Positions 28,087 through 38,543 are shown, numbered from the stretch's first letter. The stretch: 64,000 nt of DNA from Candidatus Saccharimonadales bacterium (GCA_025449905.1 JANWIN010000011.1:724-64723); one strand, 5' to 3'. Translations and numbers: made by a program. Notes: a model not told the origin generated them from the sequence alone.

Positions 28087-29154
28087 TTAACCCCTCATCA
28101 GCCTATCAAGTTCTTCAATATCAACGGCAACATTGCGAGCTTCATCATAGCTGATAGTGCCTTGGTGGATTAATGAAACCAGAGTCTTGTCCATTGACTG
28201 CATGCCGTATTCGGCACCGGTTTGAATAACGGCTTCCAGTTGATGGCTTTTGCCTTCGCGGATTATGTTTCGGACGGCCGAAGTAGCAATTAGAATTTCA
28301 GCCGCTGCCATACGCCCGCCGCCAATAGCTGGAATTAAGCGCTGAGAGCAAATAGCCATTAGCATATTAGACAATTGAGTACGAATTTGCGGCTGCTGGT
28401 GCGGGGGGAAAACATCAATCATACGGTCAATACTTTGCGAAGCCGAGTTGGTGTGAAGCGTAGCCAGCACCAAATGGCCGGTTTCGGCAATGGTAATAGC
28501 CGCTGCAATAGTCTCTAGATCGCGCATTTCGCCGATCAAAACTACATCCGGGTCTTGCCGCAAACTCGAGCGCAAGGCGGCTGAAAATGAGTAGGTGTCA
28601 TAGTGCACTTCCCGCTGCACTACCACTGATTTTTTTGATTTATGGGTAAACTCGATGGGGTCTTCGATGGTCACAATATGAGCAGCGCGTTCATTGTTTA
28701 TTTTGTCAATAATCGCCGCTAGGCTGGTTGATTTACCTGAACCGGTTGGCCCGGTAATAAGTACTAGCCCCCGCGGATAGTCAGCAAATTTACTTACAAT
28801 TGCCGGCAGACCAAGTTGCTCAATAGACAATATTTCGGTTGGGATAAGCCTAAGCGCTGCAGCTAGGTTACCGCGTTCATGAAAAGCGTTAACTCGAAAA
28901 CGGCCAATATCTCCGAAGGCAAAGCTAAAATCAAATTCCTTGTCTTTTAGTAAAATCTGTTTTTGGTCTTCATCTAAAATGGCAAATAATAGCAGCTCAA
29001 TAGATTCCTCATTTAAGATATCGGTACCATTAATTGGCGCCAGGCTGCCATCTATTCGGAGTATTGGCGGTAGGCCTACTTGCAAGTGCAGGTCTGAAGC
29101 TTTCTTTTTGATGACTTCTTCGAGTAAGACTTCTATTCGTGGTTGACCTTGCAT
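28087..29154 (-). CDS. pilT: type IV pilus retraction ATPase
   Basis: ASDLHL, GPTGSGKST, TIEDPIE, LRQDPD, AETGHLV, RNIIRE. Confidence 0.95.
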   Translation of the reverse strand: MQGQPRIEVLLEEVIKKKASDLHLQVGLPPILRIDGSLAPINGTDILNEESIELLLFAILDEDQKQILLKDKEFDFSFAFGDIGRFRVNAFHERGNLAAALRLIPTEILSIEQLGLPAIVSKFADYPRGLVLITGPTGSGKSTSLAAIIDKINNERAAHIVTIEDPIEFTHKSKKSVVVQREVHYDTYSFSAALRSSLRQDPDVVLIGEMRDLETIAAAITIAETGHLVLATLHTNSASQSIDRMIDVFPPHQQPQIRTQLSNMLMAICSQRLIPAIGGGRMAAAEILIATSAVRNIIREGKSHQLEAVIQTGAEYGMQSMDKTLVSLIHQGTISYDEARNVAVDIEELDRLMRG

Positions 29155-29170
29155 ATTTTTCCCTTAACCT

Positions 29171-30964
29171 TTAAACGGCATCGGCGGCCGCTACTCGATT
29201 AATTTCATTTAATGTTGTGTGGCCAGCCAGCGCTTTTAAGTAGCCGTCTTGGCGCATGGTAACCATACCTTGTTCTACCTGAGCAGCTTTTTGAATTTGG
29301 CTGCTGGTAGCACGTTTGAGAATTAGTGACTGTATGGCGTCAGTAATCTCAAAAACCTCATATAATCCCACTCGGCCCTGAAAGCCGCTTGGCGAATCAG
29401 GACCCTCACGGCCCTTGTACAAAGTATAAGCATTTTGGCCTTTAACTGGCAAGTTGGCATAACCTAAGTCCTCGGACTTGGCTTTGCGCTCGGCTTCACT
29501 AGCCGGCAGTAAGTTATTTAAAACTTCGTTTATGGCCTGAGTTTCGGCTTTATCCGATTTATAAGTTTCTTTTTGCTCTGTCAGGCTCCTTACTAAACGC
29601 TGGCCAATGACTGTATGGACGGTTGAGGCAATCAAAAATGGTTCAATACCCATATCCAAAAGTCTGGGTAAAATGCCAGCCGCTGAATTGGTGTGTAGCG
29701 TTGAGAATACTAAATGCCCTGTTAAAGCCGCTTGCACAGCTAAAGTAGCTGTTTCTTTGTCGCGAATTTCCCCGACCATAACGACATTGGGGTCTTGACG
29801 CAAAATTGAACGCAGACCAATCGGAAAAGTCAGGCCAACTTCTGGATTTACCTGAATTTGATTGATGTTTTCAATCTTGTATTCAACTGGGTCCTCTAAG
29901 GTTACGATGTTGATGCCCTCGTTTTTAACTTCTTGAATTAGGGCATAAAGTGAAGTGGTTTTACCCGACCCGGTTGGCCCGCTGGTTAAAATCATGCCAT
30001 TGGTTTTAGTCAAACCCTTGCGAATGGTTCTAAGCGCCCGGCCATGAAAGCCTAGATCTTCTAATTTAAAGCTGGTACTGGTTTTGTCCAGCAACCGTAT
30101 TACCACCTGCTCACCCCAAACTACCGGTGAAATGGCTATTCTAAGGTCGATATCGTGCCCGGCGACTTTAATCGTAAATTGGCCGTCTTGCGGTATTCGA
30201 TGTTCGTCAATTTTCAAATTGGATAAAATTTTTATGCGCGAGACTAGTGGTGGTTCGGTGGCTTTTGGCAGACGCATAATTTCTCGAAGTACGCCGTCAA
30301 CCCGACAGCGAATTTTTAATTCGTTTTCCAAAGGTTCCAAATGAATATCGCTGGCGCGATTTTTAGCTGCATACTCCAATATAGCTGATAAAGCTTTCGA
30401 TACCGGTGAATCCTGTACAATCGTTTTGATAGCTTGGCTTTGTGGCACAATTTCAGGGTTCTGGGACTCTTCAACCAATGAATCAAGTGTCGAGAAGGCT
30501 CCCGCCACATCTTTTTGGATATCGGCTTGATATTGTTTTAGTACATTATGAATGCCTTCTTCACTAGCGGCATAGACCTTGATTGGTCGGCCGATTTTAT
30601 TCGACAAAAAGTCAACCGCTTGCACATTATCAGAGTCCAGCATGGCTACCACCAGTCGGTTTTGCATTTCACCAAGCGGTACGGCCATATAGCGCTCAGC
30701 TGTCTCTTGAGATAAGAGGTTGAGGGTTTTGGGGCTAATTCTGGCTTTGCTTAAATTTACATATGGAATCCTGTTAGCTTCGGCTAGAATTTTAGTTAGT
30801 ATTTCATTGGTAACCAAGCCTTCACTTTCCAATAAGCTAAACAAGGGTATATTTTGTTGTGAGGCTTTTAGCTTTACTTGAGCAAGTTTCTCGTTGGCAA
30901 TAATGCCATCTTTTATTAGCCTTGCTTCAACTTGTTGCTGTGCGGCTACCGATAAAACGCTCAT
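29171..30964 (-). CDS. pilB: type IV pilus assembly ATPase (GspE/PulE)
   Basis: ASDIHLEP, GPTGSGKTT, TLEDPVEY, LRQDPN, TGHLVFSTLHTN. Confidence 0.94.
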   Translation of the reverse strand: MSVLSVAAQQQVEARLIKDGIIANEKLAQVKLKASQQNIPLFSLLESEGLVTNEILTKILAEANRIPYVNLSKARISPKTLNLLSQETAERYMAVPLGEMQNRLVVAMLDSDNVQAVDFLSNKIGRPIKVYAASEEGIHNVLKQYQADIQKDVAGAFSTLDSLVEESQNPEIVPQSQAIKTIVQDSPVSKALSAILEYAAKNRASDIHLEPLENELKIRCRVDGVLREIMRLPKATEPPLVSRIKILSNLKIDEHRIPQDGQFTIKVAGHDIDLRIAISPVVWGEQVVIRLLDKTSTSFKLEDLGFHGRALRTIRKGLTKTNGMILTSGPTGSGKTTSLYALIQEVKNEGINIVTLEDPVEYKIENINQIQVNPEVGLTFPIGLRSILRQDPNVVMVGEIRDKETATLAVQAALTGHLVFSTLHTNSAAGILPRLLDMGIEPFLIASTVHTVIGQRLVRSLTEQKETYKSDKAETQAINEVLNNLLPASEAERKAKSEDLGYANLPVKGQNAYTLYKGREGPDSPSGFQGRVGLYEVFEITDAIQSLILKRATSSQIQKAAQVEQGMVTMRQDGYLKALAGHTTLNEINRVAAADAV

Positions 30965-30984
30965 GACTGTTTGTTGATTTTCCT

Positions 30985-31230
30985 TTAATGGCCGTTAAAT
31001 GGATCCGGGTTCTCGCCTTCACCTATTCGAATATTCTTGGTTGGATCAATTGAGTTTTTGTTAAAGTATTTTGTATCAGGCGGCTTAAATTCAGCATTAA
31101 TTTTTTCAACTACTTCTACTTTGGTTAAACGATTTTTAGGCGAATTTATAAATACGCTGGAAATAATCAGCGAAAAGATGCCGCTAACAAACACAATAAC
31201 CAGCAGTAGTTTTATATCCTTGTCTTTCAT
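30985..31230 (-). CDS. small membrane protein of pilus operon
   Basis: One TM; overlaps the upstream gene by 4 nt. Confidence 0.7.
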   Translation of the reverse strand: MKDKDIKLLLVIVFVSGIFSLIISSVFINSPKNRLTKVEVVEKINAEFKPPDTKYFNKNSIDPTKNIRIGEGENPDPFNGH

Positions 31231-31901
31231 TTGATATCCTTACTGGTAATATTTAGGTCTTTGGTCGGCTGATAATAAGTTATGGCGTTAATAGTCGTAT
31301 TTATATTATTACCTTGAGCCACCAAACTTACAGATTGGATTTTAATCGGCCTGATCGAGGCTTGGAGAGTCTGAATCAGCTGTTTGGTTGAACTATAGGT
31401 GCCGCTGACAGAAATCTCAAAAGGAATTTCTATTGGGGTTGGCGTGGCACTGGTGGGGGTTTTTTGTTGATTTATTTCATCATCGGTACCAGTTATAGAG
31501 TTAATATTAAAATTCTTTTCACTCAAAATCTTTTCCAAGCTAGTAGCTAGAGCCGGAAAATCGTATTTGCTAGGCAAAGCATCCAGAATTATTTTGGCGT
31601 TGTCGCCATCTTTATCACCGTTACCCGAGGGATCCCCTTCCAAAACATTTTGCGGGGTGCTAACAAAGTCTTTATAAGAATTTACCAAGCTATTAACCGC
31701 ACCAATATTTTCCTTAAGTTGGTCAACAGCTTTGCTTTTTTCACTAATTACTCGCTTTTGGTAGTGGCTTTGGCTAAGCAGAGCCTTGGAAGCCACCAAT
31801 GAAAATATAATCACAAAGGCTGCAATCCCGACAATTAGAACCATCTGTGAGTTTGCCTTGTTTATCTGCAGTTGTTTGACTGAAAGTTTGATGTCTGCCA
31901 T
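31227..31901 (-). CDS. PilO-like protein
   Basis: TM plus coiled coil, ALPS; second gene after pilM. Confidence 0.7.
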   Translation of the reverse strand: MADIKLSVKQLQINKANSQMVLIVGIAAFVIIFSLVASKALLSQSHYQKRVISEKSKAVDQLKENIGAVNSLVNSYKDFVSTPQNVLEGDPSGNGDKDGDNAKIILDALPSKYDFPALATSLEKILSEKNFNINSITGTDDEINQQKTPTSATPTPIEIPFEISVSGTYSSTKQLIQTLQASIRPIKIQSVSLVAQGNNINTTINAITYYQPTKDLNITSKDIK

Positions 31902-31902
31902 G

Positions 31903-32583
31903 TTATTGAGCCTGATTATTGTTAAATTCTTGGAACAAGTCTTTAGGTTTTTCGGTTTCTGAGCGAGTGCTGATGATGCTAGGTACTGTTAACTTTATCT
32001 CGTGGGTGCTGTCAAAAATTATCGGATCAAATTTAATATCAATTTGATATTCAGTACCTGTGGGGGCGCGATTAAAATTAGCCAGTACAACTTCCGGAAA
32101 AGCCGGCAGACTTTGGCTGCCCTGTTGGTCGCTATATTTAGTGAATTTTAGGCTGTCTGTGAATTTATTTATGACATTTAAGCTACTTGCCACGCCTTTT
32201 ATAGCCAGTTTATTTTGGGCAAAATCAATATTAAGGTCAGAAATGCTAGCTTGGGTCGGAGTTAATTGAGTTATGTAGCCAAATAACCTCGAAGATACTG
32301 CTTTTTTGTCATGCAAGCCCGGTAAGCTATTAAGCTGGTTTTGTATAGTTAAAATTTTACCGAGATCCGGCACATTCTTTAGCTCACCGCTGTACTTATT
32401 AATGTCATTATTCAAATTATGAATGTGGTGTTTTTGCAGGCCGAAAACACTAATCAATAAAAGAATAGTTAAAAGCAGCATAAAACCGCCGACGCCGACA
32501 GATATAAGTGTAACTAAGCGTCTGGTTCGACTGGCTTTTATGTACTCTAACTTTACGGCTGGTAATAAATTAAACTGTATCAT
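31903..32583 (-). CDS. PilN-like protein
   Basis: MIQFNLLP N-terminus, TM; follows pilM. Confidence 0.75.
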   Translation of the reverse strand: MIQFNLLPAVKLEYIKASRTRRLVTLISVGVGGFMLLLTILLLISVFGLQKHHIHNLNNDINKYSGELKNVPDLGKILTIQNQLNSLPGLHDKKAVSSRLFGYITQLTPTQASISDLNIDFAQNKLAIKGVASSLNVINKFTDSLKFTKYSDQQGSQSLPAFPEVVLANFNRAPTGTEYQIDIKFDPIIFDSTHEIKLTVPSIISTRSETEKPKDLFQEFNNNQAQ

Positions 32584-33620
32584 TCGCTGCGCTCCGCTAA
32601 GCCTACTGCTACTCCAAACGAGCTGGCAACAGCCAATAACTCATTTTGCTGAGTTTGAGGGAAAGAAACATTCCGCCAAGCATTACCGATTTCTACATTT
32701 AGGTTAAACTTATTTGCTAGATAAAGTGGAAATTCCGGCAGGGTTGAAGCCGCTCCAGTAACTATGATGCGGTCAAGCTTAACGCCGTTGTAGCGAGCTT
32801 GAAAAAATTTAATTGACTTGTCGATTTCGCTGACTAAAGTGTCGACAGTATTTAATATAGCTTGGTAAATTTGCCCTTCGAGCTTATCTTTATTAAGACC
32901 AAATTTAAAGATGAATTGCTGCGCCTGATGCTCATCAATATTGAGATTCTGCGAGCCGGCCCGCACTAAAGCGCTGGAACCAGTTGGTATTGAACGCGTT
33001 AGGCGCGGTCCGTCGTTCATTGACACTACAATATCGGTACTTCTGGTGCCGATATCCAAGACCATCACCGCTGAGGTTGTGCCGCTGGGAATAATCGCTC
33101 GGGCCAGAGCTAAGTTATCCGGTTCAAAAGCTATGACGTTTAAGCCGATTGACTCAAGCATATCCAGTCGGCCTTCAATAAATTCATTGGAAACACTGGA
33201 AAGCAGTATTTCCAACTTAGATCTGTCTTTGGGTGAATCACCCAGCACCGCCCAATCTAACTTTGACTCGTTTAACGGCGTTGGAATTAGTGAATCAGCT
33301 TGATATTGAATGGTTTTAGCCAGTTCGTTAAGCGGCAGGCGCTCAATATCAATAACCGTAGTAAATACTCTGCCGGAAGGTATACCCACAGCAACATTCT
33401 TAGTCGTAATACCAGCTTGCTCAATTAAGCTTTTTAAGCTTTGAAGTATCTTTTGCTGGTCGACTTTAGCGTCACTAGAAGCAGTCTTAGCTTCTATTGG
33501 TACATAAGCATACTTTACTAGGGCTTTGGTTGGCCCACTGCCCTGGAGTTGAGCGATTCTTATAGCACTTGTGCCGATGTCCAGTCCAAAAAATTCAGAT
33601 ATCCCACTCAGTAGACTCAT
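32580..33620 (-). CDS. pilM: type IV pilus assembly protein PilM
   Basis: GLDIGTSAI, LDIGTRST, VAVGLA. Confidence 0.92.
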   Translation of the reverse strand: MSLLSGISEFFGLDIGTSAIRIAQLQGSGPTKALVKYAYVPIEAKTASSDAKVDQQKILQSLKSLIEQAGITTKNVAVGIPSGRVFTTVIDIERLPLNELAKTIQYQADSLIPTPLNESKLDWAVLGDSPKDRSKLEILLSSVSNEFIEGRLDMLESIGLNVIAFEPDNLALARAIIPSGTTSAVMVLDIGTRSTDIVVSMNDGPRLTRSIPTGSSALVRAGSQNLNIDEHQAQQFIFKFGLNKDKLEGQIYQAILNTVDTLVSEIDKSIKFFQARYNGVKLDRIIVTGAASTLPEFPLYLANKFNLNVEIGNAWRNVSFPQTQQNELLAVASSFGVAVGLAERSE

Positions 33621-33694
33621 TTGTTGGTAATTATACTAATGCTTAGGTATAAACTCAATGTTCTTTTACCTCATTTATTAATCTGGAAGTTCCA

Positions 33695-35683
33695 CTAAAA
33701 CGCTGGTGGTAAGCTAGTCAGTGAATCGTAGCTATTGGCCGGTGCGTCAGTCAGATTGGGATTAACCAGCCATAGTTCGGGGAGATAATTTATGACTTCA
33801 GCGATGTTGCCCGAGGTGCTTTGCTCGTTAGCGACGGCGTCTTTAACGTTGCCATTGACGCGCAAAAAGCGTATTTGGTCAGCCAGTAAGGCACCGTTTA
33901 CGGTTAATTTGTTTCTACATTTGTCACTATCGTATAACTGAGCTCCTGAGTACAGACTGCCGCCATTGGTACAAGTATATATATTACCGCCTTGAGCAAT
34001 GTAAACGCCGTCCAGATTAGTTACATCATTGTCTATATATATGTCGCCTTTCACTATTAGGTAAAAGGATGGTATCTGTTCCAAACTTGCCCAACTAGCA
34101 CTGCCTGAATAAGTAACATTGCCAGTAATTACCACTTTGCCGGTGTGTTTTATGACTTTATGCTGGCTGTCGCTAATTGAATCACCGTTATAGTTTCCAC
34201 CAACAATTGGGTCTGTGGAATTAGTAGTAATGTCAAAGTAATTGGGGGCACAAAGTTGGGCGGGCTGGAAATTCCCTCCCCACGTGCCGCTGGTGTTGGC
34301 AAAGGTTAAACCTGTCGGCGGTTGAGGATCCGTAGTACGCAAGTTGGCACTAGCAAATTCATTAATGGCACTGGGAGCTTGAGCCGCAAACTGCGTACCG
34401 GCACCGATGCCGTTACCGTCGTTGTAAGTTAATATGCCAGCGCTACCATTAGCGCTACAGCTGCTGCTACTGTCTAGAAAACCGTTGCCGGCTAGCACGT
34501 CGCCGCCATAGACTCTGACGTATGGTTTGTTGGCAATTGTTATATCTGCGTCACAGCCGCTAACGCTTCCAACTCCGCTTACATTAACACTGTAGCTGCC
34601 GTTATAAGTTCCCGCTGGAAAACCAGGAATATTTATATTGGGCGTTGTGGTTGCGCCGCCGCCCGCTGCCAGTGGAGGATTAGTTGCTGTGAAAGGCGGC
34701 GCGCCGGTAATTGTTAGCGTCAAGTTGTAACTATATGACGGACTTGAATTGCCGTTCTTAATTACAAAACCTGGCTTAGCAGTAAAGCCGGCCTCGTCAT
34801 TGGGTGGAGATGGGCTGGTTGAAAAAGTACCACACTCTATAGTTGGTGACGGTGTTGGAGGAGGTAGTGGTACACAATTACCTGAAGAGTCTAAATAGTA
34901 GCCAGTCGGCACACTTGATTGGTTACCGGGCAGATTAGGACATACATCAATCGGCTGATTTGGATAACAATTGCCTGACGAGTCTCTATAGTAGCCTGCC
35001 GGCACGGATGATTGATTGCCGGCAATGTTAAGACAAAGATCGGTTGGATTTGGATAACAATTGCCTGACGAGTCTCTATAGTAGCCTGCCGGCACGGATG
35101 ATTGATTCCCGGCAATATTCTTGCAAAGGTCGGTTGGCGGCGGTGGAGGAGGTGGAGGACTGGTAAGTTTTACCTTAAAACATGTTTTGACTCCATCAGT
35201 TTCGTGAGCACTACCATTAATTACAGCCTTGCCTGCCCACGCGTAACAAAGATCGTGTGTACCGGCACTTAGGCTGGAAACATCTAGTTTTATGCCAAAG
35301 TGCTGGTGATAAACTTGGCCTTTTCCAGATTGATAGGCAAAAAGGACTTGGCTTGGCATATTATTAATCTTAGAGTCTACAAAACCGGTATTAACTTGCG
35401 GAAATCCCGTAGCATTGTATGAAGCTCCATTACAAATATAATGTTCAGCAACCATGGTAGCGTTGAGGGTATTAGTGCTAGTGGTACCTGTATAAAGACC
35501 TTTGTCCGGCATTGTTAGAAAGCCAGTATATTTGAAGCCTGATCCGCTCCCACTTGGGCACCTAGAATTCCACCAGCTAACGCTGTTGTGAGCAGAAATT
35601 TTATTACTAATTAACAAAATAATTAACAAGCCTACGGCGGTAGTTATTAATAAAAGTTTTGATTTATTAGTTCGTTGTTTCAT
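33695..35683 (-). CDS. large secreted/surface protein, putative pilus-associated adhesin
   Basis: Signal/TM, poly-Pro, three Cys repeats; C-terminal LIVKGDIYID..LDGVYIA..LTVNG..AEVINY. Confidence 0.75.
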   Translation of the reverse strand: MKQRTNKSKLLLITTAVGLLIILLISNKISAHNSVSWWNSRCPSGSGSGFKYTGFLTMPDKGLYTGTTSTNTLNATMVAEHYICNGASYNATGFPQVNTGFVDSKINNMPSQVLFAYQSGKGQVYHQHFGIKLDVSSLSAGTHDLCYAWAGKAVINGSAHETDGVKTCFKVKLTSPPPPPPPPTDLCKNIAGNQSSVPAGYYRDSSGNCYPNPTDLCLNIAGNQSSVPAGYYRDSSGNCYPNQPIDVCPNLPGNQSSVPTGYYLDSSGNCVPLPPPTPSPTIECGTFSTSPSPPNDEAGFTAKPGFVIKNGNSSPSYSYNLTLTITGAPPFTATNPPLAAGGGATTTPNINIPGFPAGTYNGSYSVNVSGVGSVSGCDADITIANKPYVRVYGGDVLAGNGFLDSSSSCSANGSAGILTYNDGNGIGAGTQFAAQAPSAINEFASANLRTTDPQPPTGLTFANTSGTWGGNFQPAQLCAPNYFDITTNSTDPIVGGNYNGDSISDSQHKVIKHTGKVVITGNVTYSGSASWASLEQIPSFYLIVKGDIYIDNDVTNLDGVYIAQGGNIYTCTNGGSLYSGAQLYDSDKCRNKLTVNGALLADQIRFLRVNGNVKDAVANEQSTSGNIAEVINYLPELWLVNPNLTDAPANSYDSLTSLPPAF
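34870..35135 (-). repeat. three ~90-nt intragenic tandem repeats
   Basis: Unit DLCxNIAGNQSSVPAGYYRDSSGNCYPN; about 60 nt identical between the first two copies. Confidence 0.9.
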
Positions 35684-35684
35684 A

Positions 35685-35915
35685 TTAATCCAAAAAGGCC
35701 GGCCTAGCGTTTTCCGGTCCGGTTATGGGTTCAGTTGAGTTTTGTTGATGATTGAATTTAGCCTGCTGGATCGCGCGATATATGTAAACCGTGCTGATGG
35801 TTATAGTAGCGGCGACCAAACTAGATATTATAAACAACTTCAACATACTTTGACGCGTGGTTAAGTTTTTAACGGTGTCAATCATAATGAATCGCCCTCT
35901 CGATTTTTTTGCCAA
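35685..35915 (-). CDS. small membrane protein
   Basis: One TM; ends 1 nt before the adhesin start; own start uncertain. Confidence 0.5.
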   Translation of the reverse strand: MAKKSRGRFIMIDTVKNLTTRQSMLKLFIISSLVAATITISTVYIYRAIQQAKFNHQQNSTEPITGPENARPAFLD

Positions 35916-36478
35916 TTAATTGTGACTGCACTTCGGACTCCATCTTTTTTGATGATAAAGCTGTACTTCTCATTTTTACGTTCAAACACATAATATGTTT
36001 GTTTTGAATCCTCAGTTTGTATAGGCGCTAGTCTGCTCCAGCCAGTTTTTACAAGCATTTTATCCAAATTATATAAGATAGTTGTTGGTGCATCATTGGT
36101 GGTTAAAATAATTTGAGCGCTGTCTTCATAAAGTGTGCTCTTTAAATCGTTCTTGCTGTTTAAATCATAAACATCGGCTTTTGGATATTTTGGTAAATTT
36201 GCCTCGAGATAATTGCCCGGGTACTTTTTTGCCGGTGGGTTAGCAGCCAAAATATTAGCTAAATTTTCCTTGGGACTATCTTCAATCCCTTTGTTAGCTG
36301 ATGATTTATCGATTATATAAACCAAACTAAAAGCTAGAACTATACCGCTAGTAATGCCTAAAACAATGGCCAGAATAGGTTTTTTGGTCTTTTTAATAAC
36401 CCCCGTCTGCGGGCCCGAGCCTGTGTTAGTCACCTTAGCATTTTTTGATTGAGCCATTTCTGGTTTAACCTTTACCAT
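35882..36478 (-). CDS. hypothetical membrane-anchored protein
   Basis: 198 aa, single TM. Confidence 0.7.
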   Translation of the reverse strand: MVKVKPEMAQSKNAKVTNTGSGPQTGVIKKTKKPILAIVLGITSGIVLAFSLVYIIDKSSANKGIEDSPKENLANILAANPPAKKYPGNYLEANLPKYPKADVYDLNSKNDLKSTLYEDSAQIILTTNDAPTTILYNLDKMLVKTGWSRLAPIQTEDSKQTYYVFERKNEKYSFIIKKDGVRSAVTINWQKNREGDSL

Positions 36479-36524
36479 TATTATATTAGCAGACCCATAC
36501 TAAAGTTAAGCTACAATACAGTAT

Positions 36525-37598
36525 ATGTCTCTGTCTATAGGTATTGTTGGTTTGCCTAACGTCGGTAAGTCGACACTGTTTAATGCCCTTACCAATAATA
36601 AAGTACTGGCCGCTAACTACCCTTTCGCCACTATTGAACCAAATACCGGTGCCGTACCCGTGCCGGATGATAGATTAAAAAAATTAGCTGAGTTTTATCC
36701 GGCCGCCAAAATTATTCCCGCCAACGTCACTTTTGTCGATATTGCTGGACTGGTGGCCGGCGCCAGCCAAGGCGAAGGTTTGGGCAATCAGTTTTTGGCA
36801 CACATTCGCAGCGCCAATGCCATTGTTCAGGTGGTTCGCGCTTTTGAAGACTCTAATGTTCAGCATGTTGATATTAAGCACAATCCCAAAAGTGACATTG
36901 AAATTATAAACACTGAGCTAGCTCTAGCTGACCTTCAGACTGTCGAAAAACGCCTACACCATTTGGAAAAAGAGGCCAAAGCCAATCCCAAACTAAGGCC
37001 AGTACTTGATAGCCTGCACACTGCGCATAAATTATTGAACCAGGGTCAGGCCTTAACTGCAGAAAATGGTGTTAATTTGGAGCATTTAACAGATTTGGGA
37101 CTCCTAAGTGCTAAACCCATAATTTATGTATTCAACGTTGATGAGAAGACGCTTGATAATGATAAACATCAAGAATTATCTAGCCTGGTTTCACCAGCCA
37201 AAGCACTGTTTTTATCAGCCAAGTTGGAGGATGAGCTAAAAGATTTAGACGAAACAGATGCGCGCGAGCTGCTAAAAAGTTACGGCCAAAATGAGTCGGG
37301 CTTAGTCCAATTAATTCACGCCGCTTATGCTGCGCTTAAGCTACAAAGCTTCCTAACAGCTGGCGATACGGAAGTGCGGGCTTGGACAATTAAACAAAGT
37401 TCGACAGCACCACAAGCCGCTGGAGTTATTCACAGTGACTTTGAACGCGGCTTTATAGCCGCCGATGTCATTAATTTTAACGATCTTATGGAAGTTGGCT
37501 CTTGGCCAGCTGCTCGCAGTGCTGGAAAAGTCCGCACCGAAGGTAAAACCTACATTGTTGGTCCAAATGATGTTATAGAATTTCGTTTTAATGTGTAG
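36525..37598 (+). CDS. ychF: redox-regulated ATPase YchF
   Basis: GIVGLPNVGKST, ANYPFATIEPN, DIAGLV, IHSDFERGFI, FRFNV. Confidence 0.97.
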   Translation: MSLSIGIVGLPNVGKSTLFNALTNNKVLAANYPFATIEPNTGAVPVPDDRLKKLAEFYPAAKIIPANVTFVDIAGLVAGASQGEGLGNQFLAHIRSANAIVQVVRAFEDSNVQHVDIKHNPKSDIEIINTELALADLQTVEKRLHHLEKEAKANPKLRPVLDSLHTAHKLLNQGQALTAENGVNLEHLTDLGLLSAKPIIYVFNVDEKTLDNDKHQELSSLVSPAKALFLSAKLEDELKDLDETDARELLKSYGQNESGLVQLIHAAYAALKLQSFLTAGDTEVRAWTIKQSSTAPQAAGVIHSDFERGFIAADVINFNDLMEVGSWPAARSAGKVRTEGKTYIVGPNDVIEFRFNV

Positions 37599-37707
37599 CC
37601 TGATGACGCCTGCTCCGCACCAAATCCTGAGCGGAGTAGTTTGTAATCAGATTATGGAGCTTCAAGATTTTGGTGCTGGGGTTGTCGAATTCAAGTTTAA
37701 TGTGTAG
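37599..37707 (+). pseudogene. relic duplicate of ychF 3' end interrupted by a palindromic insert
   Basis: CCT GAT GAC [insert] GTT GTC GAA TTC AAG TTT AAT GTG TAG gives PDD..VVEFKFNV*, versus PNDVIEFRFNV* in ychF. Confidence 0.75.
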
Positions 37708-37711
37708 TCGG

Positions 37712-38365
37712 CTAGCGCCAATTAAGGACTACGCCTTTGATGGTTTCGATGATCTTATCGTGTTCAGGTAGTTTATTGTCCTGATAATAATGATTAGTCT
37801 CCATGTAATTATCTATTACGCTTAGGCAATGTATTTCATCAGCAACTACATGCATTCTATCTACGGCTGGTACGCTGGCCAGCGGCGTTGCCACTATTAA
37901 TTTTTCCATTTTAACTGGCTTTAAGTACTCGCTTGCGGCATCTAGTGAAAAAGCATTTTTTAGTCCGTCAGAAACTAAAATTACGTTATGTCCATAAAGT
38001 AAATCGCGGCGCAGCAGCCCGCCCTGGCCTAGTAGTTGGTTGATATCATGAAGTTTTTGCAGTCGGCCTTCGGCTATAGTGTTTTGAAATTCGGTTTTCA
38101 GTTCTTCCAGCTGGCCGCCCGAGTACATATTATTGTAAGTAAAGCCGCCATCTTGATCGACCGCTCCAATTGCTTCCGGTTCGCCGGGAATCTTGACGGC
38201 CTCTGTTAAAAACAGAGTCAGCACACAGTGCAAGGCTTGGGCAATTTGAGCAGCAACCACAACCCCGCCATCGCTCAAAGCCACTACAGCACAGTTTTCA
38301 TAGCGATATGGCTCAAGTTCTTTGGCCAATTTTTGACCGGCTTCCACTCGACTGGCGAAGTACAT
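37712..38365 (-). CDS. phosphoribosyltransferase-like protein
   Basis: FASRVEAGQKLA, GGVVVA, VILVSDG, LIVATP; PRPP motif degenerate. Confidence 0.8.
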   Translation of the reverse strand: MYFASRVEAGQKLAKELEPYRYENCAVVALSDGGVVVAAQIAQALHCVLTLFLTEAVKIPGEPEAIGAVDQDGGFTYNNMYSGGQLEELKTEFQNTIAEGRLQKLHDINQLLGQGGLLRRDLLYGHNVILVSDGLKNAFSLDAASEYLKPVKMEKLIVATPLASVPAVDRMHVVADEIHCLSVIDNYMETNHYYQDNKLPEHDKIIETIKGVVLNWR

Positions 38366-38368
38366 ACC

Positions 38369-38536
38369 ACAAGTTTCGCATCAGATTGACCTGCTGTCCA
38401 GCAAAGCTGGTCACTCAGTCAATCTTCTTGGCGCATCGCTTTGTCAGCTACGCTCTATCTCTCGCTCATCGTACTTTTGTACGTCTCGCTCGCTTTTCTC
38501 TACTTCCTAGCGCTGCATCCAAGTGCGAAAACTTGT
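38369..38536 (-). repeat. palindromic dispersed element (RPE-like), copy A
   Basis: Terminal IR acaagtttcgca/tgcgaaaacttgt; minus-strand core gcgagaCGTACaaaaGTACGatgagcgag. Confidence 0.75.
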
Positions 38537-38543
38537 ATTTATT

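Noticed and set aside
34870..35135. CRISPR array
   Set aside because: In-frame coding repeats with no unique spacers and no cas genes.
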